The notes beneath the pieces are model-generated. The model made no database searches and was not told the DNA's origin. It saw only the letters and a list, made by a program, of their open reading frames with translations. Positions 1-7,748 of a DNA stretch of 8,890 bases are shown here, piece after piece. A program made the position numbers and the translations under genes. The first letter of the stretch is position 1. Each line of letters begins with the position of its first letter. The stretch comes from a virus (lineage: Duplodnaviria; Heunggongvirae; Uroviricota; Caudoviricetes): the IMG/VR virus record IMGVR_UViG_2695420585_000008; one strand, 5' to 3'.

Positions 1-50
1 TGATGGACATTATTTTTGTAGAGCCGGAGGAAACAGACCAGACGGTTTAA
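1..50 (+). CDS. 3' end of an upstream gene entering from the left of the window (probably a head or head-tail connector gene); product not identifiable
   Basis: Frame open from the window edge, last codons read ...MDIIFVEPEETDQTV, stop TAA at 48-50. Only about 16 codons are visible, so no family can be assigned. Confidence 0.3.
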   Translation, partial: MDIIFVEPEETDQTV

Positions 51-90
51 ATGAGCCGGTTACGCAATATCTGCAGGTCGTCTGACACAG

Positions 91-411
91 ATGATAAGTG
101 TTCTGAAGCCGGTGTTAACCCGTAATGCTGCCGGAGAAATGACGGAAGAATGGGTGTCATGCGGGAAAATTCATGCGGATATCCGTGGCAGGAGCAGCCG
201 GGAGCGGATGCAGTCCGGTGCGGAAATGGCGCAGGCGGAAATCCGCATCTGGGTGCGCGGTCAGTCCGGCCGGGAAATCACGGCAGCGTCACGACTTCAT
301 GTGCTGAGTGGTCCATGGCGTGACCGGATCCTGAACGTTGTCGGGCTGCCCGTGCCGGATGCGACCGGCGGGCGTCTGGAAATTCTCTGTCGGCTGGGAG
401 GGGAAAAATGA
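91..411 (+). CDS. Small head-tail joining protein (head closure / head-tail adaptor type), 106 aa
   Basis: ATG at 91, stop TGA 409-411 overlapping the next start (ATGA). Size, basic composition and position just upstream of the tail genes fit the head-tail adaptor class of HK97/SPP1-like phages. The Shine-Dalgarno upstream is weak. Family assignment is from recall, not a search. Confidence 0.55.
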   Translation: MISVLKPVLTRNAAGEMTEEWVSCGKIHADIRGRSSRERMQSGAEMAQAEIRIWVRGQSGREITAASRLHVLSGPWRDRILNVVGLPVPDATGGRLEILCRLGGEK

Positions 412-854
412 TCGAAACCCTGCTGGATTTTTCGGGGCTGGAGGACATCAGCCGCGATTTGCAGCTTCTGAGTGGTGCGGAAAATAACCGGGTGCTGCGT
501 GAGGCAACCCGTGCGGGTGCGAATGTGCTGAAAGAAGAAGTGGTGTCACGGGCACCGGTACGCAGGGGAAAACTGCGCCGCAATGTGGTGGTCCTTTCCC
601 GGCGCTCCCGCGATGGCGGGATGGAATCCGGTGTGCATATCCGGGGTGTTAATCCGGACACCGGTAACAGCGATAACACCATGAAGGCGGATAACCCGCG
701 CAATGCTTTCTACTGGCGGTTTGTGGAAATGGGGACCGTGAATATGCCACCGCACCCGTTTGTGCGCCCGGCATTTGATGTGCGCAGTGAACAGGCGGCA
801 CAGGTGGCGATTGCGCGGATGAACCGGGCCATTGATGAGGTACTGAGACGATGA
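408..854 (+). CDS. HK97 gp10-like neck/tail-component protein, 148 aa
   Basis: ATG 408 overlaps the upstream stop (ATGA coupling), preceded by GGGAGGGG at 396-403. Stop TGA 852-854 overlaps the next start. Position and size match the gp10-like gene that follows the adaptor in HK97-type head-tail modules. Confidence 0.55.
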   Translation: MIETLLDFSGLEDISRDLQLLSGAENNRVLREATRAGANVLKEEVVSRAPVRRGKLRRNVVVLSRRSRDGGMESGVHIRGVNPDTGNSDNTMKADNPRNAFYWRFVEMGTVNMPPHPFVRPAFDVRSEQAAQVAIARMNRAIDEVLRR

Positions 855-1195
855 CGGAGGCGGATTTGTATCCTCATCTGGCGCATCTTGCCGGCGGGCA
901 GGTGTACCCGTATGTGGTCCCCCTGCTGGATGGCAGGCCGTCGGTGGCGCTTCCGTGGGTGGTTTTCAGCCTGATTTCATCGGTGTCTGCGGACGTGATG
1001 GGCGGGCAGGCGGAGTCCTCAGTGTCGGTGCAGATCGACGTTTATGCCGGGACTGTGACGCAGGCGCGTCAGATACGTCAGGACGCCCGTGAAGCCATAA
1101 TGCTGCTGGCCCCGGGATCCGTCAGTGAAATGCAGGACTATATTCCGGAAAACCGCTGTTACCGTGCAACCCTGGAGTTTCAGGTCACGGTGTGA
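851..1195 (+). CDS. Tail terminator / tail completion protein (DUF3168-like, functional analogue of lambda U), 114 aa
   Basis: ATG 851 in an ATGA overlap with the upstream stop, GAGG at 837-840, stop TGA 1193-1195. It is the last small gene before the major tail protein, which is the conserved position of the tail terminator. Confidence 0.5.
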   Translation: MTEADLYPHLAHLAGGQVYPYVVPLLDGRPSVALPWVVFSLISSVSADVMGGQAESSVSVQIDVYAGTVTQARQIRQDAREAIMLLAPGSVSEMQDYIPENRCYRATLEFQVTV

Positions 1196-1213
1196 CTTTT
1201 TCTTTTTTTCTAC

Positions 1214-1246
1214 AAAACCCATACCCCGCCGCGTGCGGGTTTTTTA
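1214..1246 (+). terminator. Terminator-like GC hairpin flanked by an A-tract and a T-tract, between the tail terminator gene and the major tail protein gene
   Basis: CCCGC (1225-1229) pairs with GCGGG (1235-1239) around a 5-nt loop, followed by T6 at 1240-1245. Alternatively AAAACCC (1214-1220) pairs with GGGTTTT (1237-1243). AGGAGG at 1252-1257 for the next gene follows immediately. Confidence 0.4.
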
Positions 1247-1261
1247 TTATCAGGAGGCAGA

Positions 1262-1978
1262 ATGTCTGCTTTGTATGAACGCTCACAGCTGACGCAGGTG
1301 ATGATTTCATCTGCCCCGGCGACTGCTGAAACTATGGATAAGGCGGAATATCTGCGCCTGGACTGCACCATCAAGGAAGTCCAGTTCACCGCCGGTCAGA
1401 AACAGGATATTGATGTGACCACGCTCTGCTCCACAGAGCAGGAGAACATCAACGGTCTGGGGGCGTCGTCTGAGATTTCCATGTCGGGTAATTTTTATCT
1501 GAATCAGGCCCAGAACGCCCTGCGTGATGCCTATGACAATGACGCGTTGTATGCGTTTAAGGTGCTGTTTCCGTCCGGTAAGGGCTTTAAGTTCCTGGCG
1601 GAAGTGCGTCAGCACACCTGGTCATCCGGTACCAACGGCGTGGTGGCAGCAACGTTTTCACTGCGTATGAAAGGCAAACCGGTGTCCTTTGTGGTACCGC
1701 TGGCGTTTGTGAAAAATCTGGATAAAACACTTACCGTGAATACAGGTGCGCTGCTGACAATGTCAGTCAGTGCCAACGGGGGAACGCCGCCGTATAAATA
1801 CGCCTGGAAGAAGGATGGTCAGCCGGTTGACGGGCAGACGACAGACACCTTCAGTAAGCCAGGTGCGCAGTCCGCTGATGCGGGGAAATATACCTGCGTG
1901 GTGACCGATTCGGCAGAGAAAGCACAGAGTGTGACGTCTGTTGAATGCACCGTGACAGTGAGCGCAGCCGCCGGATAA
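1262..1978 (+). CDS. Major tail (tube) protein with a C-terminal Ig-like domain, 238 aa
   Basis: Strong SD AGGAGG at 1252-1257 with 4-nt spacing to ATG 1262, stop TAA 1976-1978. Sits in the conserved position between tail terminator and chaperone. The C-terminal ~90 aa carry Ig-fold hallmarks (PPYKYAWKKDG ... GKYTCVVTD), as in lambda V and other decorated tail tubes. The N-terminal tube domain is not obviously lambda-V-like. Confidence 0.8.
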   Translation: MSALYERSQLTQVMISSAPATAETMDKAEYLRLDCTIKEVQFTAGQKQDIDVTTLCSTEQENINGLGASSEISMSGNFYLNQAQNALRDAYDNDALYAFKVLFPSGKGFKFLAEVRQHTWSSGTNGVVAATFSLRMKGKPVSFVVPLAFVKNLDKTLTVNTGALLTMSVSANGGTPPYKYAWKKDGQPVDGQTTDTFSKPGAQSADAGKYTCVVTDSAEKAQSVTSVECTVTVSAAAG

Positions 1979-1992
1979 GGGGATGGGTCATC

Positions 1993-2367
1993 ATGAAAAA
2001 GGATCTGAAAACGCTGGCGCTGGCCAGACTGTCAGGGTTTCGTCATAAAACGGTGAAGGTGCCGGAATGGGGTAATGTCAGCGTGGTGCTGCGGGAGCCT
2101 TCGGCAGAGGCCTGGTATCTGTGGCAGGAAGTGCTCAATGGTGATGGAGAGGATGACGATACCCTGTCGGTGGTGGCGAAAACCCGCCGTAACCTGGAAG
2201 CGGATGTGACGCTGTTCTGCGATGTCCTGTGTGATACTGACCTGCAACGGGTGTTCACTCCGGACGACCGTGAGCAGGTGCTGGCCGTCTATGGTCCGGT
2301 ACATGCCCGGTTGCTGCGTCAGGCACTGGAACTGATCGCTGATGCAGAGTCGGCCAGAAAAAAGTAG
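1993..2367 (+). CDS. Tail assembly chaperone (lambda G analogue), 124 aa, terminating just after a slippery heptamer
   Basis: ATG 1993 with SD AAGGGGA at 1977-1983. Acidic small protein directly upstream of the tape measure gene. The reading frame ends AGA AAA AAG TAG (stop 2365-2367). Confidence 0.75.
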   Translation: MKKDLKTLALARLSGFRHKTVKVPEWGNVSVVLREPSAEAWYLWQEVLNGDGEDDDTLSVVAKTRRNLEADVTLFCDVLCDTDLQRVFTPDDREQVLAVYGPVHARLLRQALELIADAESARKK

Positions 2368-2672
2368 CCCGCCCGGAAATTCGCTTTCTGATGCGACTTG
2401 CGCTCCGTCTGGGGCGCACCTTATCCGAACTGCGGCACAGCCTGAGTGCGAGCGAGGCGATGATGTGGATGGAGTTTGACAGGGTGTCCCCGCTGGGTGA
2501 TGAGCGCGGGGATATCCGTAATGCACAGATCGTGAAAGCGGTTTTCGGGGCACAGGGGATGAATGTTGCACTGAAGGACGCCATGCTCTGCTGGGGCGAG
2601 GATGAGGATAAGCCGGAGGTGGATCCGTTTGCGGCGCTGGAAGACGCGCTGAGCTTTGCAGCACAGTCATGA
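1993..2672 (+). CDS. G-T-type tail assembly chaperone fusion produced by -1 frameshifting at 2358-2364 (about 226 aa)
   Basis: The downstream ORF (tracked as 2391..2672) lies in the -1 frame relative to G, has no SD of its own, and its frame is open back to 2343, overlapping the slippery site. This is the conserved arrangement upstream of tape measure genes in long-tailed phages. Confidence 0.7.
2358..2364 (+). other. Programmed -1 ribosomal frameshift slippery heptamer A AAA AAG
   Basis: A AAA AAG occupies 2358-2364 in the G frame, directly before the TAG stop. The -1 frame is open from 2343 through to the stop at 2670-2672, so a -1 slip reads AAA AAA GTA GCC ... into the T-like ORF. Confidence 0.7.
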
Positions 2673-2680
2673 ATGATGAG

Positions 2681-2701
2681 AACCGCTGAGGCGGTTTTTT
2701 T
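2681..2701 (+). terminator. Terminator-like hairpin with T-run between the G-T stop and the tape measure start
   Basis: AACCGC (2681-2686) pairs with GCGGTT (2691-2696) around the loop TGAG, followed by a T7 run (2695-2701). The H-like gene's SD (GGAG at 2708-2711, AAAGGTG) follows. Confidence 0.45.
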
Positions 2702-2719
2702 ACGCCCGGAGAAAGGTGA

Positions 2720-5700
2720 ATGGCGACGTTACGTGAACTGATTATCAAAATTTCGGCAAATTCACAGTCATTCCAGTCGGAGATCCAGCGAGCGTCCCGT
2801 ATGGGCAGTGAATATTACCGGACCCTGCAGAATGGCGGGCGTCAGGCCGCTGCGGCAGCCCGGGAGCAGCGACGTGCCCTGGCAGAACTGAACAGCCAGT
2901 TGACGGAAATCCGCGCTTCGGCTGTCGGAATGACCGGTGCGTTTGCCGGTGCCTTTGCCACCGGACACCTGATTTCACTGGCGGATGAGTGGAGTTCCGT
3001 GAATGCCCGTCTGAAACAGGCATCACAGTCATCCGATGAATTTTCGTCATCACAGAAAGTGCTGATGGATATCAGTCAGCGGACAGGTACCGCTTTTTCG
3101 GATAATGCGGCCCTGTTTGCCCGTTCGGCAGCCTCGATGCGTGAATATGGTTACAGTGCTGATGATGTGCTGAAGGTGACGGAGGCCATTTCCACGGGGC
3201 TGAAAATCTCCGGTGCCAGTACGGCTGAGGCGGGTTCGGTGATCACCCAGTTCAGCCAGGCGCTGGCACAGGGTGTGTTGCGCGGTGAGGAATTTAATTC
3301 GGTCAATGAAAGTGGTGACCGGATCATTCGTGCACTGGCTGCAGGCATGGGCGTGGCCCGTAAAGATCTGAAGGCGATGGCGGACGATGGTCAACTGACG
3401 GCGGATAAAGTCGTTCCTGCGTTAATCAGCCAGCTGGAGGTATTGCGTGATGAATACGCGGCCATGCCGGAAACGGTCTCTGACGGGATCACAAAGGTGG
3501 AAAACGCCTTTATGGCCTGGGTGGGTGGTGCGAATGAGGCCAGCGGGGTGACAAAAACGCTCTCCGGCGTGCTGAACGGTGTTGCCGGTAATATTGATAA
3601 TGTGGCAACAGCCGCGGGGGCGCTGGTTGCCGTCGGGGTTGCCCGGTACTTTGGCAATATGGCCTCCGGAGCGGTGTCTGCCACGGCAGGACTTGTGACG
3701 GCTGCACGTAATGAAGTTGCACTGGCGGAAGCACAGTTCAGGGGAACGCAGATTGCCACGGCGCGGGCAAGGGCAGCCGTGTACCGTGCTCAGCAGGCCG
3801 TGGCGGCAGCCCGCGGGACGGAGATGCAGATTGCAGCAGAGGCCCGTCTGGCGGCCACACAGGAACGCCTGAACAGAAATATTGCTGCCAGAAGCGCCGC
3901 CCAGAATGCGCTGAACAGTACAACGGCGGTGGGCTCACGTCTGATGAGCGGTGCGCTGGGGCTGGTTGGTGGCGTACCCGGACTGGTGATGCTGGGGGCT
4001 GCAGCATGGTACACGCTGTACCAGAATCAGGAGCAGGCCAGGGAGTCTGCGCGCCAGTATGCACTGACGATAGATGAAATCGCGCATAAAACGCCGTCAA
4101 TGTCTCTGCCTGAAGCCTCAGATAATGAAGGACGAACACGGGCGGCGCTGACAGAGCAGAACCGGCTGATTGATGAACAGGCCAGTCGGGTGAAATCCCT
4201 GCAGGAAAAAATCGCAGGATATCAGTATGTTCTGGCGAACCCGGGCTGGACGACCGGTGACGGATTCATGATAAACCATCTGACATCGGTGAAGACCGTA
4301 ACGGAAGGGCTTGCTCAGGCAACAGAGCAGCTTGCCGTTGAGCAGTCCCGTCTGGCACAGATGCAGGAAAAAGCGCAGTCCATTCAGGATGTGCTTGCCG
4401 GGCTGGAAGACCGTCGTGTGGCGTTAATTCGTCAGCAGGCGGCAGAGCAGAATAAGGTGTACCAGTCCATGCTGGTTATGAACGGTCAGCATACGGAATT
4501 CAACCGTCTGCTGGGGCTGGGTAATGAACTGCTTCAGCAGCGGCAGGGACTGGTGAATGTGCCGTTACGGCTGCCACAGGCCACTCTGGATGATAAACAG
4601 CAGAGTGCCCTGACAAAAACAGAGCGTGAGCTGGCCCTGTCCAGACTGAAAGGGGAAGAAAAAGAGCGTGCCCGGCTGGGGTATGCGGCGGATGACCTTG
4701 GTTTTGTGGGGGATTCGTATCAGGAGGCGAGACAGCGTTATATCAGTAATGCTCCGGAAGCCTGGCGTAATAACGAGGCGAACAAACCTAAATCCCGGGG
4801 TGGAAAATCAGAGACGGAAAAAGCGGAAGACAGTTTTTCCCGGCTACTGAAGCAGCAGAAAGAGCAACTGGCACTGGCGGGTCAGAATACAGAGCTGGCG
4901 AAGCTGAAGTACCAGACTGCGCAGGGCGAACTGAAAACCCTGACGGAGATGCAGAAGCAGGAACTGCTGCGTAACGCGGCCCTGATTGACCAGCAAAAAA
5001 TCCGGGAACAGTTGCGATCCCGGGAAGAGACCCTGAAGAATGATAATGTGGCTGCGCGTGCATCAAATGAAGCCGAACTGCTGGGATACGGGCAGGGAGA
5101 ACGAGCCAGGGAACGCATGCGGGAGTTGCAGCAGATCCGCGACAGCTTCCGCCAGAAGGATGCGGACCTTCAGTCTCAGTATCAGACCGGGGATATCAGT
5201 GAGGATTTTTACAGACAGGCACGGGCACAGAACGCGCAGTATCTGAGCGAACGCCTTAAGGACCAGGCAGCCTTTTATGCCGAATCGGATGCGCAGCGTG
5301 CGGACTGGCAGAAAGGCTTGCAGGAGGGGCTCAGTAACTGGTTGGATAATGCGTCCGATTACGCCTCACAGGCAGCACAGCTTGCGACGGAGGGTATCTC
5401 AGGGATGGTGAATAACATCACGGAGATGCTGAACGGAAATAAAGTGGAATGGCGCAGCTGGGCCTCATCAGTGCTGCAGGAAATATCAAAAGTTCTTATG
5501 AATGCCGCGATTGTCAACGGAATTAAGACGGCGGCAAACGGTATGTCCGGTGCGGGAGGATTTCTCGGCAGCATTGGTGACTGGCTGGGCGGGGCGGTGG
5601 CCAATGCAAAAGGCGGCGTGTATACCTCGGCAAACCTGAGTGCGTACAGCAACAGTATTGTGGATACGCCCACGTACTTTGCCTTTGCAAAAGGGGCCGG

Positions 5701-5962
5701 GCTGATGGGGGAGGCCGGACCTGAAGCCATTATGCCCCTGACGCGGGCGGCGGATGGCTCGCTGGGTGTGCGCGCGGTGGGTAGTATGTACGGCAGTGCG
5801 GGCCTGGTGTATTCCCCGGTCTACCATATCGCCATTCAGAATGACGGGACTAATGGCCAGATAGGGCCGGAGGCGGCAGGCAGTCTTGTGCAGCTGATTG
5901 ACCAGCGGGTGCAGGCGGTGATGCTGTCCATGCGACGTGACGGAGGAATGCTGAGTGGCTGA
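2720..5962 (+). CDS. H: Tail tape measure protein, 1080 aa
   Basis: ATG 2720, stop TGA 5960-5962. Very long Ala/Gln/Arg/Glu-rich protein with extended coiled-coil-like segments, internal hydrophobic Gly/Ala-rich stretches (GALVAVGVARYFGNMASGAVSATAGLVTAA, LMSGALGLVGGVPGLVMLGAAAWYTLY) and a Gly-rich C-terminal region. It sits between the G-T chaperone and the M-L-K-I block. Confidence 0.95.
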   Translation: MATLRELIIKISANSQSFQSEIQRASRMGSEYYRTLQNGGRQAAAAAREQRRALAELNSQLTEIRASAVGMTGAFAGAFATGHLISLADEWSSVNARLKQASQSSDEFSSSQKVLMDISQRTGTAFSDNAALFARSAASMREYGYSADDVLKVTEAISTGLKISGASTAEAGSVITQFSQALAQGVLRGEEFNSVNESGDRIIRALAAGMGVARKDLKAMADDGQLTADKVVPALISQLEVLRDEYAAMPETVSDGITKVENAFMAWVGGANEASGVTKTLSGVLNGVAGNIDNVATAAGALVAVGVARYFGNMASGAVSATAGLVTAARNEVALAEAQFRGTQIATARARAAVYRAQQAVAAARGTEMQIAAEARLAATQERLNRNIAARSAAQNALNSTTAVGSRLMSGALGLVGGVPGLVMLGAAAWYTLYQNQEQARESARQYALTIDEIAHKTPSMSLPEASDNEGRTRAALTEQNRLIDEQASRVKSLQEKIAGYQYVLANPGWTTGDGFMINHLTSVKTVTEGLAQATEQLAVEQSRLAQMQEKAQSIQDVLAGLEDRRVALIRQQAAEQNKVYQSMLVMNGQHTEFNRLLGLGNELLQQRQGLVNVPLRLPQATLDDKQQSALTKTERELALSRLKGEEKERARLGYAADDLGFVGDSYQEARQRYISNAPEAWRNNEANKPKSRGGKSETEKAEDSFSRLLKQQKEQLALAGQNTELAKLKYQTAQGELKTLTEMQKQELLRNAALIDQQKIREQLRSREETLKNDNVAARASNEAELLGYGQGERARERMRELQQIRDSFRQKDADLQSQYQTGDISEDFYRQARAQNAQYLSERLKDQAAFYAESDAQRADWQKGLQEGLSNWLDNASDYASQAAQLATEGISGMVNNITEMLNGNKVEWRSWASSVLQEISKVLMNAAIVNGIKTAANGMSGAGGFLGSIGDWLGGAVANAKGGVYTSANLSAYSNSIVDTPTYFAFAKGAGLMGEAGPEAIMPLTRAADGSLGVRAVGSMYGSAGLVYSPVYHIAIQNDGTNGQIGPEAAGSLVQLIDQRVQAVMLSMRRDGGMLSG

Positions 5963-6296
5963 GATAAAAACGCTGCATCTGGTCCCGCGTGAAGGGATGC
6001 AGGTGAGTGAGAAGCCGTCGGTGGTGAGGGTGCGGTTTGGTGACGGTTATGAACAGCGCCGCCCCACAGGGCTGAATCCTCAACTGAAGACGTTTCAGGC
6101 GGTGTTCCGGGTGACGGATGAGTCAACCCGGCGCTGGCTGGAAGAGTTTTTATCGTGGCATGGTGGTTACCGTGCCTTTTTGTGGCGACCGCCGAAACAT
6201 AACCGGACGGTGAGGGTTGTGTGCCGTGAGTGGAGTGTCACGGATAATGCCCGGTACAGTGATTTCAGTTGCACGATAGAGCAGGTGGTGAACTGA
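5955..6296 (+). CDS. M: Minor tail protein M (distal tail protein), 113 aa
   Basis: GTG start at 5955 with SD GGAGG at 5943-5947, overlapping the tape measure stop by 8 nt. Stop TGA 6294-6296. Shares the motifs VRFGDGY, HGG...FLW.PP and C-terminal EQVVN with lambda gpM as I recall it. Confidence 0.88.
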   Translation: MAEIKTLHLVPREGMQVSEKPSVVRVRFGDGYEQRRPTGLNPQLKTFQAVFRVTDESTRRWLEEFLSWHGGYRAFLWRPPKHNRTVRVVCREWSVTDNARYSDFSCTIEQVVN

Positions 6297-6994
6297 TGCA
6301 GGATATTCACGAAGAAAGCCTGAACGAGTCGGTTAAGTCAGAGCAGTCACCGCGTGTGGTACTCTGGGAAATCGACCTGACGGTGCAGGGCGGTGAGCGC
6401 TATTTTTTCTGCAATGAACTGAATGAAAAAGGGGAGCCGGTCACCTGGCAGGGGCGTGAATATCAGGCGTACCCGATTGACGGCAGCGGCTTTGAGATGA
6501 ACGGGAAGGGCAGCAGTGCCAGACCGTCGCTGACGGTGTCCAATCTGTTTGGCCTTGTCACCGGAATGGCGGAGGACCTGCAGAGCCTGGTGGGGGCCAC
6601 GGTGGTCCGCCGCCGGGTGTATGCCCGTTTTCTGGATGCGGTGAATTTTGTGGCGGGCAATCCGGAAGCGGACCCGGAGCAGGAGCTGAGCGACCGCTGG
6701 GTGGTGGAGCAGATGTCAGAGCTGACGGCCATGACAGCCTCGTTTGTGCTGGCAACACCGACGGAGACGGACGGAGCGCTGTTTCCCGGTCGCATTATGC
6801 TGGCGAATACCTGTATGTGGGATTACCGGGGAGATGAATGCGGGTATAACGGTCCTGCGGTGGCGGATGAGTTCGACAACCCCACCACGGATATCCGTAA
6901 GGACAGATGCAGCAAGTGCATGCGCGGGTGTGAGATGCGCGGCATGGTGGCTAATTTTGGCGGTTTCCTTTCCATCAATAAACTTTCGCAGTAA
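6296..6994 (+). CDS. L: Minor tail protein L (tail tip protein with C-terminal Cys cluster), 232 aa
   Basis: ATG 6296 overlaps the M stop (TGATG). Stop TAA 6992-6994. Extensive similarity to lambda gpL as recalled (VVLWEIDLT..GGERYFFCNE.NEKGEPVTWQGR.YQ.YPI.GSGFE ... FPGRIMLANTC.W.YRGDECGY.GPAVADE ... FGGFLSINKLSQ). The six-frame ORF beginning at 6269 is an upstream in-frame extension; the lambda-like N-terminus MQDI begins at 6296. Confidence 0.92.
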   Translation: MQDIHEESLNESVKSEQSPRVVLWEIDLTVQGGERYFFCNELNEKGEPVTWQGREYQAYPIDGSGFEMNGKGSSARPSLTVSNLFGLVTGMAEDLQSLVGATVVRRRVYARFLDAVNFVAGNPEADPEQELSDRWVVEQMSELTAMTASFVLATPTETDGALFPGRIMLANTCMWDYRGDECGYNGPAVADEFDNPTTDIRKDRCSKCMRGCEMRGMVANFGGFLSINKLSQ

Positions 6995-7188
6995 ATCCTG
7001 TTTTATGACACAGACTGAATCAGCGATTCTGGCGCATGCCCGGCGGTGTGCGCCTGCGGAGTCGTGCGGCTTCGTGGTGAGAACGCCGGAGGGGGAGCGG
7101 TATATCCCTTGTGTGAATATCTCTGCAGAGCCGGAGGCGTATTTTCGTATTGCACCGGAAGACTGGCTGCGGGCAGAGATGCAGGGGG
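6809..7188 (+). repeat. Direct repeat, copy 1 (3' end of L plus 5' part of K)
   Basis: Aligns without indels to 8511-8890 at a constant offset of 1702 bp. I counted about 20 mismatches in 380 bp by eye. Similarity stops abruptly upstream of 6809 versus 8511. Confidence 0.9.
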
Positions 7189-7748
7189 AGATTGTGGCAC
7201 CGGTCCACAGTCATCCCGGTGGTCTGCCCTGGCTGAGCGAGGCCGACCGGCGGCTGCAGATAAAAAGTGCACTGTCCTGGTGGCTGGTCTGCCGGGGGGA
7301 CATTCATAAATTCCGCTGTGTGCCACATCTGACAGGACGGCGCTTTGAGCACGGGGGGACGGACTGTTACACGCTGTTCCGGGATGCCTACCATCTGGCG
7401 GGAATTGATATGCCGGATTTTGAGCGTGAGGATGACTGGTGGCGTAACGGTCAGAACCTTTACCTGGACAATATGGCGGTCACCGGCTTTTACCGGGTGC
7501 CCCTGTCCTCTGCACAGGCGGGCGATATCCTGCTGTGCTGCTTTGGCGCATCGGTGGCCAATCATGCCGCCATATACTGCGGCAACGGTGAGCTGCTTCA
7601 CCATCTGCCTGAACAACTGAGTAAACGGGAGAGGTATTCCGAAAAATGGCAACGACGAACGCATTCAGCCTGGCGTCACCGCCACTGGCACGCATCTGCC
7701 TTCACGGGGATTTGCAACGATTTGGCCGCCGCCTCAGCCTGTATGTGA
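7005..7748 (+). CDS. K: Tail assembly protein K, two-domain (N-terminal JAB/MPN-type metalloprotease motif plus C-terminal NlpC/P60-type cysteine peptidase), 247 aa
   Basis: ATG 7005 lies 10 nt after the L stop, with no strong SD. Stop TGA 7746-7748. Contains a JAMM-like motif HSHPGGLPWLSEAD (H-x-H-x7-S-x2-D) and NlpC/P60-like Cys/His motifs (GTDCYTLFRDAYH, NHAAIYCG). Strong similarity to lambda K. The listed ORF from 6744 is an in-frame extension inside L. Confidence 0.9.
   Translation: MTQTESAILAHARRCAPAESCGFVVRTPEGERYIPCVNISAEPEAYFRIAPEDWLRAEMQGEIVAPVHSHPGGLPWLSEADRRLQIKSALSWWLVCRGDIHKFRCVPHLTGRRFEHGGTDCYTLFRDAYHLAGIDMPDFEREDDWWRNGQNLYLDNMAVTGFYRVPLSSAQAGDILLCCFGASVANHAAIYCGNGELLHHLPEQLSKRERYSEKWQRRTHSAWRHRHWHASAFTGICNDLAAASACM

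Noticed and set aside
278-703. 141-aa minus-strand ORF (also the 69-aa ORF at 546..755) antisense to the head-tail joining genes
   Set aside because: Antisense to translationally coupled plus-strand genes, Arg/Ser/Pro-rich, no independent signals.
2391-2672. T-like ORF as an independently initiated gene from ATG 2391
   Set aside because: No SD upstream, frame open back to 2343 across the slippery heptamer, and it is in the -1 frame relative to G. Expression as a frameshift fusion is the better explanation.
2032-2748. 238-aa minus-strand ORF antisense to the G/G-T region and the tape measure start
   Set aside because: Entirely antisense to well-supported genes, Pro/Ser/Arg-rich low-complexity translation, no SD or promoter context. 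Long spurious antisense ORFs are expected in GC-rich coding DNA.
3050-5827. Multiple minus-strand and off-frame plus-strand ORFs (65-133 aa) inside the tape measure gene
   Set aside because: All are nested in or antisense to the 1080-aa tape measure ORF, with skewed low-complexity composition. They are consistent with chance open frames in GC-rich sequence.
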